Assembly (NCBI GenBank): GCA_016199215.1
Contig: JACQHB010000007.1
Coordinates: 1-39,059, forward strand
Source of the DNA: Candidatus Doudnabacteria bacterium
Lineage (GTDB): Bacteria > Patescibacteriota > Doudnabacteria > UBA920 > O2-02-FULL-48-8
Direction of reading: 5' to 3'
Length of the DNA: 39,059 bases
Shown here one piece after another: positions 17,631 through 26,570 of this stretch. Below the pieces are notes generated by a model, which saw nothing but the letters and a program-made list of their open reading frames with translations, did no database searches and was not told the DNA's origin. The position numbers were made by a program, and so were the translations under genes. How positions within the stretch are numbered: the stretch's first letter is position 1; every line of letters starts with the position of its first letter.

Positions 17631-18563
17631 ATGATGCGGAAAAAATCAAAAAATAATTACGGAACATTCGCAGTAAAGAATAAGAGAACCCCCTACTATT
17701 GGGGAGTGGTTTTATTCGCAGTCTTATCAGTCGTTGTTTATTTTGGATTTATTAATCCGAAGAAAAAGGTTCAAGATAATATTTCAACAATTCCAAAAGT
17801 TGAAGCCAATGAAATCCCTGGCTGGTGGTACAAAGATAACTTTGGATCATCTGTCTGTGAAAAAGATAACTGTAAGCAATCAGCAGATCCAGATAATGAT
17901 AAGCTTACTAATTCACAAGAGTTTTTTTACCATTCTGACCCTTTGAATAGAGATACAAATGGTAATGGTTTAACCGACGGAGAAGATGTTGCATATAATT
18001 ATGATCCAAGCAAGGCCGGGAAAGTCACTTTTGATCAAGCTGCGTCTGATGATGAAGTAGTGGGAGAGAGTCTTCTTCTTGATCAAGACATAAAGAAGGT
18101 AATTCAGGACTTGACTAGCATGGACAATGTCCAAGTCCCCAAAATTAATGATATTGAATTGGTAATTACACAGGACAATACTAAACAGGGAATCATCAAT
18201 TACATTGTCCAAACTGAAGAGGTTATTAAAAATAATTTTCCCGATGAAGCGGAATCTTTCATCGCAACCACCCTTGAATCCAAAGACGATGAACAAGTGG
18301 CCGATCTTAAACTTCGAATCACCAGAACAATTATCGATTATAAAAAAATTTCCGTACCTTCAGATGCTTTGCAACTCCACAAATACCAGATTGGATCGTT
18401 CCAAACTTCACTTGCTGTAATCACTGTCCCTCCCGTCACTAATGTGAATGACGTATCCGATCCTGCGGCTAACTTTTGGTATGACCAAGTCCAGACTTAC
18501 GCCTTTTTAGGACAGCAGGTCCAGCTAGAAACAAAAAAGCTTAAAGATAAGTATCAATGGTAG
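17631..18563 (+). CDS. Membrane-anchored protein with Ca-binding (DxDxDxL, thrombospondin-3-like) repeats
   Basis: N-terminal TM; ADPDNDKLTNSQE...SDPLNRDTNGNGLTDGEDV. Confidence 0.7.
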   Translation: MMRKKSKNNYGTFAVKNKRTPYYWGVVLFAVLSVVVYFGFINPKKKVQDNISTIPKVEANEIPGWWYKDNFGSSVCEKDNCKQSADPDNDKLTNSQEFFYHSDPLNRDTNGNGLTDGEDVAYNYDPSKAGKVTFDQAASDDEVVGESLLLDQDIKKVIQDLTSMDNVQVPKINDIELVITQDNTKQGIINYIVQTEEVIKNNFPDEAESFIATTLESKDDEQVADLKLRITRTIIDYKKISVPSDALQLHKYQIGSFQTSLAVITVPPVTNVNDVSDPAANFWYDQVQTYAFLGQQVQLETKKLKDKYQW

Positions 18564-20389
18564 GGCAATCAAGAAAATTTATTATACTTTTGGTTTTAAT
18601 ATCTTTGTTGCTTGTTGAAATACAGCCAGCTTTTGCTGTTATTGACGGAACTACTGATCTTTCCGGTGTGCTTTATTCAGTTCCTACCGCGACCATGGCT
18701 GATATCCCCAAACTTAAGGAAAGGATTTGGATAACGATAATGAGAGGGGTTTCTTATGCTCTCGTGGAAGCCTTTACCTCGAGATTTGTAAATAAATTGG
18801 TAGAGAAATATAAAATCCGCAACTACCTTTATTATGACCAAGTTTTGACCAATTATTATCTAAATCGTTATCTAGCTGATAAAATTTCAGACCCCGATTT
18901 ACAAAACATATATGAGTTGATGTACAGGGGCTACATAACAGGAGAATCCACGGGTACTACAGGCGGTCCTGATCCAAATGCGGCAGTCATTCCTAGGCTG
19001 AAACAGGCTATATATAAAGTATATTTAGAGAGCGGCGGGATTCCGAGTGATACTGTTTTTGACCCTTCGACAAGAACTTCTAATGTGGAATATTATGCCG
19101 CTGCTCAAACTTACTGGCTGGGGAGACCAAGCTATACGGAACAGAATTTACAAGGGCAGTTTGGTTCATTCCAAAGCGCCGCCACTACTGCGGCTCAATT
19201 GGAAGTTATTGTGGGCAACGGACTTAAGGCAGGGCGTTTCGTAGGGAGCGGTACGTGTAGTATTTCTTACGAATATGAAACAGAAAAGATAGATAATTTT
19301 TTTGTCAAAGCAGGATTAATAAAAAAGGCATTAGCAGAAGAGCCGCCTGCCGCGCCTGGCGTGCCGGTGGATCCCAATGGGAATTTGCCAGGAACCCAGA
19401 TTCCGATAGAGAACCCGCCATTCGATCCCAATAGTTCCCCGGCTGCCTGCCAGGCTGCCGGAGGGAGATGGACACCTGCTGCGTTGGATCAAGCCCGTTC
19501 TTTTATCGACAACCCTTCATTTTTTGTAAATAACTGGCTACAAGGAGTAATAAGTTCAAAGAGTAATAGTAACTTTGACCCAAGCAATTTCTGGTTTGCC
19601 ATCGGCAGCTCCTTGGGTAAATTTTTGGCAAATCAATTATTTTTAGATAAACAGGGCGGAGTTCTTAAAGATGATCCAAGGCCGTATACACCATTCGATG
19701 ATAATCTTGGGGCAGGAAATGGCGTGGGCTACGATATTGACGGTGACGGAATAATTGATGGTTATGATTACGACGGCGATGGGCAAATGGACGTTTGTAT
19801 TTATGGAGGAGACGCCCCTAACTGCTTAGGATCAAGACAATCAACTACCATTCCACCTCCGCCGTCAGGAGGAGGTGGAGGTGGAGCAACAATTTGTCCA
19901 AGCGATGAAATTAGTTTGGACGTAGTTTACCACGTTGCAAGGAGTGAGCCGGTTAACGGAGTATATTATGACCGTTTGAGTGTTCACGTGGATAATTATC
20001 CTGATGGTTCAGAGCCTCTTGGCCCGGATTTAGTTGATGATGATCCATTCCACGTCCCTCCAAGTTCAGCGCTTAATGATTTTGGCAATATATTTATCCG
20101 GACTTCGGGCGGAGCAGGGGGGTATATTGCAGAAGGCGGAGAAAGCCCCGAAAAAAGAGCGGCGGAAGCAGCGGGAGTAAGAAGGCACACCAAAATTCCT
20201 ACTAATTATGTGATTGACGGATACATTACTGATTCGAATGTTCTCCAGATAAATCTTTCTAATTATGCTTCCGAAAGTCTTACAATTGGCGGATACTTCC
20301 GTGGAACGAATTCCGGAGACGGACGTGCGGAGGTTTGCACGCCGAGAAGCAATGTCCATACTGGACTAGTAATTCCCCAGGTGCCATAA
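18557..20389 (+). CDS. Secreted hypothetical protein of the T4SS-like operon, with DxDGDG Ca-binding motifs
   Basis: Signal peptide QPAFA; helical N-terminal region; DIDGDGIIDGYDYDGDG; Pro/Gly linker; distinct C-terminal domain. Confidence 0.65.
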   Translation: MVGQSRKFIILLVLISLLLVEIQPAFAVIDGTTDLSGVLYSVPTATMADIPKLKERIWITIMRGVSYALVEAFTSRFVNKLVEKYKIRNYLYYDQVLTNYYLNRYLADKISDPDLQNIYELMYRGYITGESTGTTGGPDPNAAVIPRLKQAIYKVYLESGGIPSDTVFDPSTRTSNVEYYAAAQTYWLGRPSYTEQNLQGQFGSFQSAATTAAQLEVIVGNGLKAGRFVGSGTCSISYEYETEKIDNFFVKAGLIKKALAEEPPAAPGVPVDPNGNLPGTQIPIENPPFDPNSSPAACQAAGGRWTPAALDQARSFIDNPSFFVNNWLQGVISSKSNSNFDPSNFWFAIGSSLGKFLANQLFLDKQGGVLKDDPRPYTPFDDNLGAGNGVGYDIDGDGIIDGYDYDGDGQMDVCIYGGDAPNCLGSRQSTTIPPPPSGGGGGGATICPSDEISLDVVYHVARSEPVNGVYYDRLSVHVDNYPDGSEPLGPDLVDDDPFHVPPSSALNDFGNIFIRTSGGAGGYIAEGGESPEKRAAEAAGVRRHTKIPTNYVIDGYITDSNVLQINLSNYASESLTIGGYFRGTNSGDGRAEVCTPRSNVHTGLVIPQVP

Positions 20390-20392
20390 AAT

Positions 20393-23300
20393 ATGAATAT
20401 TATCGTCAAGAAAATTTTATTAATCCTTACTTTGGCCTTTTTGGCAAACCTTTCGTTTGCTGATTTAGGTTTTGCTGTAATTTCGCCCACCCCCCCGCAG
20501 GAAGTATTGATTGAGCCGGGGGAATTAAATTTGATTAATAAAGATAAAAAGATTCAGGAATGTGAAACAACTCTTTCAAACCGTCTTTACAAAGTTTCGG
20601 ATTTTGGTTTTATGGAAAGCGGAACTGGCTTATGGCTGGAAAACGTCACTTGGCTCGTTGCCAGATGGGACTACACAAATAATCAATGTTTAATTTATCA
20701 AAAGCAGAGAATAAATTTTGCTACCGATGCAAAAATTGATAGCTTTGAAGCAAGAGGCTATAAAACCGAAGATATAACCGCTACTGGAGCTTATTACTTG
20801 GAAAGAACGGAATATGCCAGGATGGTGGAAAATAAGCTTAAGAACACAAGCACTAAGATTACGGTGCAAAATTTTAACAGGACAGTTGGGGCAAATACGG
20901 AAGCAACTGGCGCAAGCAAAGTAATCGGCACGATTCTTGCAAAGCTTATTGGTTTGGTTACGTCAGCAGTTCTTGCTCTAACCTCCATGGCCGGTGAATT
21001 AATGTCCTGGGTGATTGATGAAGTCACTGGCGCCGCTCAACCCCTTGTCGTTACCACTGGTTGGAAGATAATAAGAGATATTATGAACATGATTTTCATA
21101 TTGGCGCTCATTATTATGTCTCTTGGAACCATACTTAGGATTGAGAAATATAATTATAAAAAGTTATTGGTCAAGCTGGTTATAATGGCTATACTGATTA
21201 ATTTCAGCAAAGTAATCGCCGAGTCCTTCATTGGCTTAGTTGATATTCTGATTAGAATCTTTGCAGCCCAAGGGAACTGGACGGAATTTTTAAGTTATGC
21301 AAAAAATATCGCGTTTTACGCCGATTTTTCTTCAAGCAAAGGTTTTTTAAGCGATTTAGGACTTTCCATAACCGGACTTATCCTTGCTCTCGTGATGCTT
21401 GTAACATTTTTAGCTGTCGCACTGCTTCTGGTTATTCGCACCGTTGGCCTGTGGGTTTTAGTTATTCTTTCCCCAGTGGCTTATGCCCTCTATATTCTCC
21501 CGGGTACAGAGAAATGGGCGCAGAAATGGTGGGAAACCTTTATTAAATATCTTATATGGGCTCCAGTGGCAGTATTTTTCCTGCGGCTTGGCGATATTTT
21601 TATAGTAGAAATGAGAGCGAGGTTAACAAGCACTAAAACAAATAATCCGACTTTTGATTTTATTTTTGCTATGGCTTTTATGTGGGCAGCGGTTTACGTT
21701 GCCAAGCAGGCGGGGATGGTTGGGGGAGATATGGCGATTAAGGGAGCAAAGAGCGTCGTTACTGGCAAATATGGCATGAAAGGGGCTGCCCAATGGGGAC
21801 TTGGTGCAACTGATAGATGGCTGGGCCGAGGGGCTAGTAGTTCCAGCAAGCTTAGAAGAGGGTTATCGTATGCGAGCGTCGGAGCCTGGAAAAAAGGCAG
21901 AAAAGAGAGAAGTCAGAAATTAGAAGAAGAGGCGTATACTGTATCTGGCGGTATGAGGGCGAACGTTCTTTCAAAGGTCTTTGGCGGGCCTCGTGATTTT
22001 GCAAAATTAGCCCAGTACCAAAGAGTTGCCCAGGAAAGGAGGCGGCTTGAGAATGTGGTTGATAAGGATGAATTAACAGCAGAAGTTATGCAGGCGTTAA
22101 ATAGAAAAGAGTGGGATAAAGCAATGGGCGGAATGATGAAATTAGCTGCGCAAGGGGATTTGAATGAGGTGCTCTTGGCAAAAGGCTTAACCGCGGATGC
22201 CCAAGGTCTGCAGGCATTAATAAATGAGATAGTAACCAAATCGGGGAATAATACATATATGAGGATGGGGGCGGAACTTTCAAAAACTGCGGAAAATGCC
22301 AACTGGTGGGTTTTAGCCGGGGCTTTTAAACGCAATGATGACGGGAGTTGGTCAAATCGTTCGGAAGAGGACAGAAGAGGATACGTTAATGTTCAAAGAG
22401 CAAAGGCGAGTGATCAGGTTAACATAAGAACCCTTACAAGGGCCGGTATCGGTTTCAAAGAAAGAGTGGATGAGAATGGTGTCTGGTATGTCGAAGGTAT
22501 AACTGAGGACGGTTTGGATTATGCTTCCCGGGTAAAAAATATCCAAGAATGGCGGAACAATGGCAACAAGAATGCAAAAGCGAACGTCGCCATTAGCGGT
22601 TCAGCGGATTGGTTGAGGGTTAATCCAGAAGCTTGGGCTGTGGCAGCAAATGAATATGCAAGCACAAAATTGGATGATCCTGACCGTTTGGAACAACTGC
22701 ATAAATCTGTTGCCGCTCCAAACCCGCAGAGAGACTATGGTACAAATAGAACCGTGAATGCTACACAGGCTAGGGCATATTTTAACCGATTCACAGGAGA
22801 AGAAAGAGATAAAAAAATTAAAGACTATTCTGATTTGGCGCGTTTGGCCGGAATAACGCCCCCAGGAGCTGCTGGGACTCAGCCTGCTCCAACTGCTACC
22901 ACTCCTGCAGCTACCGGTGGCGCAGCAACAACTGCCACAGCAGCTACAGGCCGAGGAGGATCAAGCCAACCTCAATCAAGATTTGAGAGTACTTCGGGAC
23001 AAGCTGTTGTGGTGGAAAACAGAGCTCCTCATGTTCAGACGGCAACGGAAGTGATTAGAGAAGTAAGAGCTCCAGCGGGTGCTCACGATGCCATACGTGA
23101 AGTGTCTAGGCAGTTTCATGGGGGTGAACAGCTTGATGTAGGCGTCATTAAAGACCAACTAAGAAACTTGGGATTAAGCGTTGAACAAGCCAGTGATGCG
23201 ATAAGCTCTTTGGCAAAGCGCGCTGCTGATTTTAGAGTGAACCGAGTAAGTGATGCCGCTTATAATAGGACAGGAATCGACATGTCTGAATTTAAAAGGG

Positions 23301-23440
23301 TTTTGAAAAATTTTATGTCTGCGCGACACGAAACAGGTGGGGAAGTCAACGAAAGAGTGATAGTAAACACAATAAGGTCCCAATGGCCCCAAGTAAACTC
23401 AAATGACGCTCAAACTATTGCTAGACAAATGTTTGGTTAA
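20393..23440 (+). CDS. Extended VirB6/TrbL-like polytopic membrane protein
   Basis: GWKIIRDIMN, AILINFS, R.VGLWVLVILSPVAY, WAQKWW.TF.KY...APV TM core; about 550-aa soluble C-terminal tail; lies upstream of PrgI and VirB4. Confidence 0.7.
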   Translation: MNIIVKKILLILTLAFLANLSFADLGFAVISPTPPQEVLIEPGELNLINKDKKIQECETTLSNRLYKVSDFGFMESGTGLWLENVTWLVARWDYTNNQCLIYQKQRINFATDAKIDSFEARGYKTEDITATGAYYLERTEYARMVENKLKNTSTKITVQNFNRTVGANTEATGASKVIGTILAKLIGLVTSAVLALTSMAGELMSWVIDEVTGAAQPLVVTTGWKIIRDIMNMIFILALIIMSLGTILRIEKYNYKKLLVKLVIMAILINFSKVIAESFIGLVDILIRIFAAQGNWTEFLSYAKNIAFYADFSSSKGFLSDLGLSITGLILALVMLVTFLAVALLLVIRTVGLWVLVILSPVAYALYILPGTEKWAQKWWETFIKYLIWAPVAVFFLRLGDIFIVEMRARLTSTKTNNPTFDFIFAMAFMWAAVYVAKQAGMVGGDMAIKGAKSVVTGKYGMKGAAQWGLGATDRWLGRGASSSSKLRRGLSYASVGAWKKGRKERSQKLEEEAYTVSGGMRANVLSKVFGGPRDFAKLAQYQRVAQERRRLENVVDKDELTAEVMQALNRKEWDKAMGGMMKLAAQGDLNEVLLAKGLTADAQGLQALINEIVTKSGNNTYMRMGAELSKTAENANWWVLAGAFKRNDDGSWSNRSEEDRRGYVNVQRAKASDQVNIRTLTRAGIGFKERVDENGVWYVEGITEDGLDYASRVKNIQEWRNNGNKNAKANVAISGSADWLRVNPEAWAVAANEYASTKLDDPDRLEQLHKSVAAPNPQRDYGTNRTVNATQARAYFNRFTGEERDKKIKDYSDLARLAGITPPGAAGTQPAPTATTPAATGGAATTATAATGRGGSSQPQSRFESTSGQAVVVENRAPHVQTATEVIREVRAPAGAHDAIREVSRQFHGGEQLDVGVIKDQLRNLGLSVEQASDAISSLAKRAADFRVNRVSDAAYNRTGIDMSEFKRVLKNFMSARHETGGEVNERVIVNTIRSQWPQVNSNDAQTIARQMFG

Positions 23441-23445
23441 AATAT

Positions 23446-24690
23446 ATGCCTTTTAAGCTTAACAAAATTGAAATACAAGGACAGCTGTCGGATCCCAAGG
23501 TTTACGACAGTGTTCTCTTTTTTGCCGATTTAGTTCTTGATGAAAATTCCGGTGCAAATATACACAAATTTCATCAGGATCTTAAGCATGCGCTTCAACA
23601 GCAGAAGAATCAATTAGGTGAAAACGCAAGCAGATATGACTCCTTACTATTGAGGCTGCAATTCCGATCTATTCCTTTGTTGTCAGATGAAGAAATTAAA
23701 GGAATTTTGTCGAAAAGGATATTTTTTGCATACAAAGCGGACGTCGATCTGAAAAAATCTTTTTCCATGATGTTTGTGCCGTTTTTTTTCCAGGATGATT
23801 TTACCACTCTCACGAGAATTATTCGTCATTTGGAAGATAATAGCGAGACAATCGGCAGGAATAACATTATCCTCACTGACGGAAAAGTAGTCCATCCATT
23901 GATCTCGAATTGGTTAAAAGATTATAGGATTAAGACAGTGGAAAATAAAGGCAGCCTTAATATAATCAGCTTTCTAACCCATAGCAATAATTGTAAGAAC
24001 TTAAACGAACAAGAACTCGGATTTTTGAAATATGTTTTGAATTTTTACGATTGGCTTAGGTTTGAGGCAAGCAAAACTTCGTTTATAGAAGAAGATATTC
24101 CAGCTAAAAGTATTATCCGGCCTGTCCCTCCCCCTGCTCCAAGTATTATACAACCACCGCAGCTTCCCAAATTTCCCGTAAAATTTAATCAGGAAATTGC
24201 CGTCTCGCCAAAGCCTGTCCATCTTGTTCCGTTTAAGGTCGACCTTAAAGAAATTGAGAGGGAAGTGGGTACTCCGGAATTGCCTGCGCCAAAGACTCAG
24301 ATTTTCCGCGGACAATCGCCAACAGTTCCGCATCCGGCTGCGGTTTTCGACCCGCGCACCCGCATGCATCAAGATTTCGGCGGGCAGGGAAAAGTGGCCG
24401 CACAGCAAATCAATGTGATTGATGATCTTAAAAAACTTGACGTTGGCTATCTAAGGCGAGGGGAGCTGCAAAAGCAAATATCAAATATCAAATATCAAAT
24501 ATCAAAATTGGCGCAAGTAAATCACCTGTATCCTTATCAGGTTGTCATGGCTTTTGAACAAAGCCCCCTGTTTAAGCTTTACTTGTCGCATGGCAGTTCA
24601 CGCGTTATCGGCCAGCCGACGAAGGACGATTTGTCTCAACCCGAATTTGAGGCCATTGCGGATTTGAGGAAAGAGATTGAAAGATTGTAA
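23446..24690 (+). CDS. Hypothetical cytoplasmic protein with a Pro-rich linker and repeat-derived segments
   Basis: 414-aa ORF in the operon; ISNWLKDY and FEQSPLFKLY motifs; no confident family. Confidence 0.7.
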   Translation: MPFKLNKIEIQGQLSDPKVYDSVLFFADLVLDENSGANIHKFHQDLKHALQQQKNQLGENASRYDSLLLRLQFRSIPLLSDEEIKGILSKRIFFAYKADVDLKKSFSMMFVPFFFQDDFTTLTRIIRHLEDNSETIGRNNIILTDGKVVHPLISNWLKDYRIKTVENKGSLNIISFLTHSNNCKNLNEQELGFLKYVLNFYDWLRFEASKTSFIEEDIPAKSIIRPVPPPAPSIIQPPQLPKFPVKFNQEIAVSPKPVHLVPFKVDLKEIEREVGTPELPAPKTQIFRGQSPTVPHPAAVFDPRTRMHQDFGGQGKVAAQQINVIDDLKKLDVGYLRRGELQKQISNIKYQISKLAQVNHLYPYQVVMAFEQSPLFKLYLSHGSSRVIGQPTKDDLSQPEFEAIADLRKEIERL

Positions 24691-25275
24691 ATCCGAATAT
24701 CGAATATCGAAATCCGAAACAAATTCAAATGTCTAAAATTCAAAACAAAAAGCCCCTTTTGGGCTATTTTGTTTATTGATAAGATTATGTTATAATATTG
24801 GGGATAAATTCTAAAGTGAATATCGAAGTCCGAAACAAATTCAAATGCCCGAAGCTCAAAACCCAAAGAACTATGATTTGGAAGAAAGAACGTATAAATT
24901 TGCGGCAGATTGCAGAAAGCTTATAAAGAAAATTTCCAGAACTATATCTAACATTGAGGATTGTAAACAGCTGACTAAGTCTTCAGGTTCAATACCTGCA
25001 AATTATATAGAAGCCAACGAGGCTCTAAGCAAAAAAGACTTTGTAATGCGCATTAAAATCTGCCGTAAAGAATCTAAAGAGAGCATTTTGTGGTTACGGT
25101 TATTTGATCTCGAAGACCCCACTTTAGACAAAGAACGAAACAGATTAAAACAAGAAGCCACCGAACTTATGAAGATATTTGGTTCGATATTAAGAAAGTC
25201 AGAATAGCACTGTTTCAATATTTGATATTTGAATTTAGATATTGTTTCGAATTTCGGGTTTCGTGCTTCGATATT
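24689..25275 (+). mobile_element. 7-bp-periodic inverted-repeat element carrying a four-helix-bundle gene and its own promoter
   Basis: Left arm aaatccgaatatcgaatatcgaaatccgaaacaaattcaaatg (second degenerate copy about 24806-24847); TG-n-TATAAT at 24788-24796; right arm ttgtttcgaatttcgggtttcgtgcttcgatatt; mobility is inferred. Confidence 0.65.
24845..25207 (+). CDS. Four-helix-bundle protein (23S rRNA IVP / Avd-like family)
   Basis: YDLEERT..FA, QL.KSSGSIPANYIEA.E..SKKDF..RIKICRKE.KE...WL, L.QEA.EL.KIF.SI. Confidence 0.92.
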   Translation: MPEAQNPKNYDLEERTYKFAADCRKLIKKISRTISNIEDCKQLTKSSGSIPANYIEANEALSKKDFVMRIKICRKESKESILWLRLFDLEDPTLDKERNRLKQEATELMKIFGSILRKSE

Positions 25276-25296
25276 AAATAAGAACAAGAATAAATT

Positions 25297-25737
25297 ATGC
25301 AGTATGCTTTGCCTCAATTTACCGACATCGAAGACAAGCTGATCGGGCCGTTGACGTTAAAACAGTTTCTGTCTCTTTTGGCCACAGGCGGCCTGGTTTT
25401 ATTTTTTTGGTCGATATTCAAAATCAGTATTTTCTTTTTCTTTTTCGCGCTCCCAGTCGCCTTGTGCGGTATTTTTATCACTTTCGGCAGATTTAATGGA
25501 AGGTCGGTATTCACTTACGTACTTCCTTTTTTGGCTTTTATGGCCCGGCCAAGACTAAGGATATTTAAGAGAGAAACCCCCACCTTGGCCATTCAAAAAA
25601 GCGTCCGGACCAAAGAGGAAATAAAAAAGAGTCCAGAGAACTCAGCTGAAGAGCCGGGGAGCCGACTTAAGAAATTAGCCTATTTATTGGACCAGAGATC
25701 GCTTGAAGAAAGCAAATTAGCGAAAGAAGACATATGA
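25297..25737 (+). CDS. prgI: PrgI family protein (VirB3-like)
   Basis: MQY.LPQF.DIEDKLIGPLTLKQF, two TMs, FNGRS. Confidence 0.88.
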   Translation: MQYALPQFTDIEDKLIGPLTLKQFLSLLATGGLVLFFWSIFKISIFFFFFALPVALCGIFITFGRFNGRSVFTYVLPFLAFMARPRLRIFKRETPTLAIQKSVRTKEEIKKSPENSAEEPGSRLKKLAYLLDQRSLEESKLAKEDI

Positions 25738-26426
25738 GCGAAATGGCATCAAAAGAAAAAGCGGGAGCGGGAACGCAGGCCTACTTAGACATTGCCGAAG
25801 TAAGAGAGGGAACAGTGGTTCTCAAAGATGCTTCTATGAGAGCAGTCGTGGTAGTTTCTTCCACCAATTTTTCCCTGAAAAGCGGAGAGGAGCAGAACGC
25901 TTTAATTAATTCTTACCAGAGTTTCCTTAATTCATTGGAATTCCCGATCCAAATAGTTATGCAGTCGAGAAAACTGGACGTCCACGGCTATTTGGACAAA
26001 CTTAGGGCGATAATGCAGCAACAGACAAACGAACTCTTGCGCCTGCAGACCCAGGAATATATTGAATATGTCGGAAAGTTGATTGAATTTGCCAGCATAA
26101 TGAACAAGACTTTTTACGTGGTGGTCCCTTATTCCACTCAGGCGACGAAACAAGGATTTTTTAATAAGCTAGGGTCAATCTTAAACCCTGCTTCTACTGT
26201 TAGTCTTAAAAAACAGGAGTTCGAGGCGCACAGGGAAGAGCTTTATAAAAGAGTTAACCAGGTAGTCGGCCTTCTATCAAGCATGGGATTGAGGGCTCTT
26301 GTTTTGGATACCGAAGAATTGATTGAGCTGATGTATAATAGCTATAATTTTGATTCCGCGTCGCCGATTCATATTAAGAGCGTCGCGGAGCTTGAAGTGG
26401 CGGGCAATCAAGACGAAAGCCCTTAG
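25734..26426 (+). CDS. Conjugation/T4SS-associated protein (resembles the TraC/VirB4 N-terminal region)
   Basis: STNFSLKS.EEQ...YQSFLNSLEFPIQI..QSRKLD, KTFYVVVPY, L.TEELIEL.YNSYN; lies between PrgI and VirB4. Confidence 0.75.
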   Translation: MSEMASKEKAGAGTQAYLDIAEVREGTVVLKDASMRAVVVVSSTNFSLKSGEEQNALINSYQSFLNSLEFPIQIVMQSRKLDVHGYLDKLRAIMQQQTNELLRLQTQEYIEYVGKLIEFASIMNKTFYVVVPYSTQATKQGFFNKLGSILNPASTVSLKKQEFEAHREELYKRVNQVVGLLSSMGLRALVLDTEELIELMYNSYNFDSASPIHIKSVAELEVAGNQDESP

Positions 26427-26429
26427 CAT

Positions 26430-26563
26430 TAAATCCGAATATCGAATATCGAAATTCGAAACAATATCAAATGACCAAAATAATAAATCCAAAACATCGT
26501 TCAGATATTAAATATTTGAAATTTGAATTTGTTTCGTGCTTCGGATTTCGTGTTTCGGATTTA
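26430..26563. repeat. 7-bp-periodic inverted-repeat element, empty copy
   Basis: The 34-nt left arm from 26431 differs at one base from that at 24689; right arm tttgaatttgtttcgtgcttcggatttcgtgtttcggattta. Confidence 0.85.
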
Positions 26564-26570
26564 TAAAAAT

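Noticed and set aside
22011-22017. Additional CCCAGTA match inside the VirB6-like gene
   Set aside because: Lacks the CAACTTCG block and an inverted partner; chance match
24845-25207. Diversity-generating retroelement, suggested by the Avd-like fold
   Set aside because: No reverse transcriptase and no TR/VR pair with adenine-specific mismatches seen in the window
13829-26563. Heptamer repeat clusters as a CRISPR array
   Set aside because: No constant repeat separated by unique, evenly sized spacers and no cas genes; the units are tandem 7-mers in inverted arms
5283-26570. ORF-track starts at 5283, 9974, 10410, 13933 and 26523
   Set aside because: The extensions run through repeat arms or TIRs; downstream ATGs (5331, 9998, 10437, 13969, 26571) fit the protein families better
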